NCBI GenBank assembly: GCA_902575375.1
Contig: CACGRD010000004.1
Span: 375 to 64,374 of the forward strand
Direction: 5' to 3'
Length of the DNA stretch: 64,000 nucleotides
DNA from: an uncultured Alphaproteobacteria bacterium
Lineage (GTDB): Bacteria; Pseudomonadota; Alphaproteobacteria; HIMB59; GCA-002718135
Shown here: one piece after another, positions 61,290 to 64,000 of the stretch
How the letters are laid out: the number at the start of each line of letters is the position of its first letter
Position numbering within the stretch: position 1 is the stretch's first letter
Position numbers and translations under genes: made by a program
Notes under the pieces: model-generated
Seen by the model: the letters and a program-made list of their open reading frames with translations, nothing else
What the model was told of the DNA's origin: nothing
Databases searched by the model: none

Positions 61290-61997
61290 TTTTTATCCTT
61301 ATTAGATAAATCCCATGCATTGACATGCTTTCCTATAAGATGTTTATATTTTCCAGAAGCTAATTTCAAAAAAGCTGGAGTCAATTCAATTGGATCTAGC
61401 CATTTCTTTTTATATTCATCAGTATAGTTTTGTTCTGACATGGGAGTATTCATAAACATTCCAGGAGTAATAGTAAATACTTGAATACCAATGCTAGAGC
61501 CTTCAATAGATAAACTTTTCATTAAACCTTCTAAACCATGTTTTGCTGCACAATAGGCACTTTCATTATCAAAACCTTCTACACCAGCACGAGATGAAAC
61601 AAAAATTATTATGCCTCTTCCATTTTTTTTCATATTATCCCAGACAAATTTAGATAAATGAAATCCACTATTTAAGGAAATATTAAGTACATCATTCCAA
61701 TATTTTTTTGTCAGTATTTTCAAATGATTTTGGGATAAGAATTGCAGCATTATGTATTAAAATATCAATTGATTTTTGTTCTTTAGATAAATTAAGAAAT
61801 AATTTTTCTAAATTATCTATTTTGCTTAAATCGCACTCAATATTTTTTGCATTAGGAATATTATTTTTTATAAGTTTTTTATAATCAATATCTAATAAAA
61901 ATAAATTAGCTTTTTTTTCTGAAAAAGCTTTTGAGACTGCGAAACCTAAACCATCTGCTGCTCCAGTAATAAGGATATTTCTGTTTGAAAAATCCAT
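61286..61997 (-). pseudogene. SDR oxidoreductase split by a +1 homopolymer frameshift (T7 at 61703-61709); may be a sequencing error
   Basis: N-half has ITGAADGLG...HNAA and C-half has VSSRAG...AYCAAKHG...ITPG. Deleting one base joins them as ...ENTDKK-YWNDVLN..., a 236-aa ORF. Confidence 0.8.
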
Positions 61998-61999
61998 TT

Positions 62000-63067
62000 T
62001 TATAAATCAATCCATTTTCTTTCTTTTGTAGATTGGAAAACTGCATCAACAACAAGTTGATTTTTTAATCCATCTTCAAATGTTGAACCTTCGTTCAAAG
62101 ATCGGTTTTCCTTAATAGCTGAAGTTAATTCTTCTAACAAACTAACTACTGAAACATTCCAAATACCTTTATTAACACCATCAAGTGATGCGTTAGGATC
62201 TTCAAAAGATAATTTTTTAAAATCTTCTCCTTTTTTTGCAAATAAAATTTCTTCTGTCTTGTCTTCTAGAATAATGGTACCTTCTGATCCAAAAATTTGA
62301 GTTTTATTGCCTAAAGAATGACTAACAACACCGCTCATAAAAACATTAGCGAGACCACCATTTAATAACTCTAAAGAAAAGTAAGATAAATCATCGGCAG
62401 TAGCTTGCCATTTTTCTTTACTATTTTTATCTATTCTATCTTTTACTATTGTTAAAGCTTGTCCAAATACTGATTTTATTTCACCACACCACCATCTTAT
62501 CAGGTCTACTTGATGTGATCCATTTGCACCCATTCTTCCCCCACCTCTGCTACTTAGACTCCACCAATCATCTTTTAGTCTTGATGATGGATCCAACCAA
62601 CTATTAGATACATTTAAAATATTTATGTGTTGAATTTTGCCAATTTCTCCACTTGAAATCCATTCTCTAATTTTTTTTCTATTTGGATTAAATCTTAATT
62701 CATGATCAATCATATGAATTTTATTATACTTTTTTGCAGTTTCTAACATTTGGGTCGCCTCTTCAGCATTCATAGCAGTAGGCTTTTCACATAGAACATG
62801 AGCTCCTTTTTGAAGAGATTTTAAAGTAATTGGTGCATGCAAATCTGTAGGAGTAGCTATACAAACTAAATCAAGCTCATTTTCTTCAATCATTTTTTCC
62901 CAATTATCGTAAAAATTTTTTATATTAAATTTTTCAGCACAGGATTTAGCGCTTTCTAATCTATTTGAAGATAGACATGTTACTTCAACTCCTTCTATGT
63001 GATTTAAAGCAGGTAAATATGCAGCTTTTGCAAAACTTGCTCCTACTATTCCAATTTTAAGCGTCAT
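62000..63067 (-). CDS. Gfo/Idh/MocA family oxidoreductase
   Basis: Probable start MTLKIGIVG at 63067 with AGGAGG upstream; DLVCIATP..LH, HVLCEKP, RFNP, GGG....GSHQVD. Confidence 0.9.
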   Translation of the reverse strand: MTLKIGIVGASFAKAAYLPALNHIEGVEVTCLSSNRLESAKSCAEKFNIKNFYDNWEKMIEENELDLVCIATPTDLHAPITLKSLQKGAHVLCEKPTAMNAEEATQMLETAKKYNKIHMIDHELRFNPNRKKIREWISSGEIGKIQHINILNVSNSWLDPSSRLKDDWWSLSSRGGGRMGANGSHQVDLIRWWCGEIKSVFGQALTIVKDRIDKNSKEKWQATADDLSYFSLELLNGGLANVFMSGVVSHSLGNKTQIFGSEGTIILEDKTEEILFAKKGEDFKKLSFEDPNASLDGVNKGIWNVSVVSLLEELTSAIKENRSLNEGSTFEDGLKNQLVVDAVFQSTKERKWIDL

Positions 63068-63957
63068 TATTCTACCTCCTTTAATCTTGGATCTAAGTAA
63101 TCTCTTAACCAATCTCCAACAATGTTGAATGCTAAAACAGTGAGTAAAATTGCCATTCCTGGAAAGAAAGGCATCCACCATCTTTTAGCAAATATATGAT
63201 CTCTACTCTCTGCCAACATAGCTCCCCATGTTGGAATTTGAGGTGGAACCCCGAGACCTAAAAAGGAAAGAGCTGCTTCTGCTAAAATAACACTTGCTAC
63301 ATTAAATGAAGCAATAACAATTAAAGGAGCAAAAATATTAGGAAGTATTGAACCAAACATGATGCTAAAATTATTTACTCCTAATGCTTTTGCAGCTTCT
63401 ACATACTCTTTTTCCTTTTGAGAAATTGTCTGAGCTCTTGCAATTCTTGCATATGTAACCCATTGACCTATACCCAGAACTATAATTAAATTTATTAACC
63501 CTTCACCTAAAACAACAAGAAATAGAATAGCTAAAAGTATAAATGGAAAGGCAAGTTGTATATCAGCTAGACGCATTATTATATCATCTATCCATTTTCC
63601 ATAATATCCTGCATAAACACCTAAAGCTGTGCCTAAAATTCCACCAACAAGTACGGCTGAAAAACCAACAATTAAAGATACTTGAGCCCCAAAAATAAGT
63701 CTTGAAAATGAATCTCTTCCTAAAGCATCAGATCCAATTAAGTATTTCATGTTTCCTTGTTTGTCTAGGGTTAGTGGAGGGGCTACCCTTTCCATAATAT
63801 TATTTTTATTTGGATCAAAAGGTGCAAGTTGTGATGCAAATATTGCGATTGCTATAATTATAAATAACCAAATTATAGATGTTAAAGCCCACTTATTTTT
63901 TATAAGTGCAAATAAAAAATCTTTTATATTTTGATTATTTGTTTTTTTACTGTTCAT
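63067..63957 (-). CDS. ABC permease (DppC/OppC-like) of a second peptide-type ABC system
   Basis: GSDALGRD.FSRL..GA..SL, MRLADIQLAFP, EYVEAAKALG, EAALSFLGLG, GDWLRD.LDPR. Confidence 0.93.
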   Translation of the reverse strand: MNSKKTNNQNIKDFLFALIKNKWALTSIIWLFIIIAIAIFASQLAPFDPNKNNIMERVAPPLTLDKQGNMKYLIGSDALGRDSFSRLIFGAQVSLIVGFSAVLVGGILGTALGVYAGYYGKWIDDIIMRLADIQLAFPFILLAILFLVVLGEGLINLIIVLGIGQWVTYARIARAQTISQKEKEYVEAAKALGVNNFSIMFGSILPNIFAPLIVIASFNVASVILAEAALSFLGLGVPPQIPTWGAMLAESRDHIFAKRWWMPFFPGMAILLTVLAFNIVGDWLRDYLDPRLKEVE

Positions 63958-64000
63958 AATTTTATTCTTGGATCTAATTTTGCATAAACTAAATCTGTGA
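63954..64000 (-). CDS. ABC permease (DppB-like), C-terminal end only; gene continues beyond the window
   Basis: Reads TDLVYAKLDPRIKL*, the typical DppB terminus; ATGA overlap with the next permease. Confidence 0.8.
   Translation of the reverse strand, partial: TDLVYAKLDPRIKL

Noticed and set aside
63068..63181. N-terminal extension of the Gfo/Idh/MocA ORF
   Set aside because: Lies inside dppC; the ATG at 63067 has an AGGAGG RBS
3627..63934. About 30 short ORF-track entries antisense to or inside longer genes (e.g. 3627-3899, 9409-9675, 21000-22195, 27673-28137, 47488-48244, 58806-59300)
   Set aside because: Shadow ORFs of well-supported genes, with no recognisable motifs
1..64000. tRNA, rRNA, riboswitch, CRISPR array, integrase or IS
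   Set aside because: Intergenic gaps are at most about 115 nt and AT-rich, with no cloverleaf, repeat-spacer pattern or recombinase motif. No preQ1 riboswitch fits upstream of yhhQ (7-nt gap)

Overview
Gene-dense, very AT-rich window from a streamlined marine alphaproteobacterium. Class I LysRS, three-gene PntA1/A2/B, COQ9, cobS/cobT and type-2 CtaA point to Alphaproteobacteria; pfk plus pyk fits an HIMB59/AEGEAN-169-like lineage better than core SAR11 (inference). Bases 1-41.9 kb are mostly housekeeping genes (aroB, tgt, rpmB, pyrD, lysS, fdx/FNR, ctaA, pfk, def, rpsU, pnt, pepF, pyk, aspartate aminotransferase, a two-gene saccharopine pathway, uvrB, a GcvT-family dehydrogenase). Bases 41.9-64 kb are an accessory peptide/amide-scavenging region: two Dpp/Opp-type ABC systems, two cysteine racemases, an enolase-family epimerase and five amidohydrolases/peptidases. 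The most notable observations are: (1) a family-5 solute-binding protein that appears circularly permuted, clustered with an M28 hydrolase lacking the canonical Glu-Glu pair and an epimerase lacking the DxD motif, which suggests an uncharacterised D-amino-acid or modified-peptide salvage system; (2) a tgt with a Chlamydia-like GGSLG pocket next to yhhQ, which suggests direct queuine salvage in a free-living bacterium. Two single-base homopolymer frameshifts are visible. I found no rRNA, tRNA, CRISPR array or mobile element. All family assignments are by motif recognition only; no searches were run.
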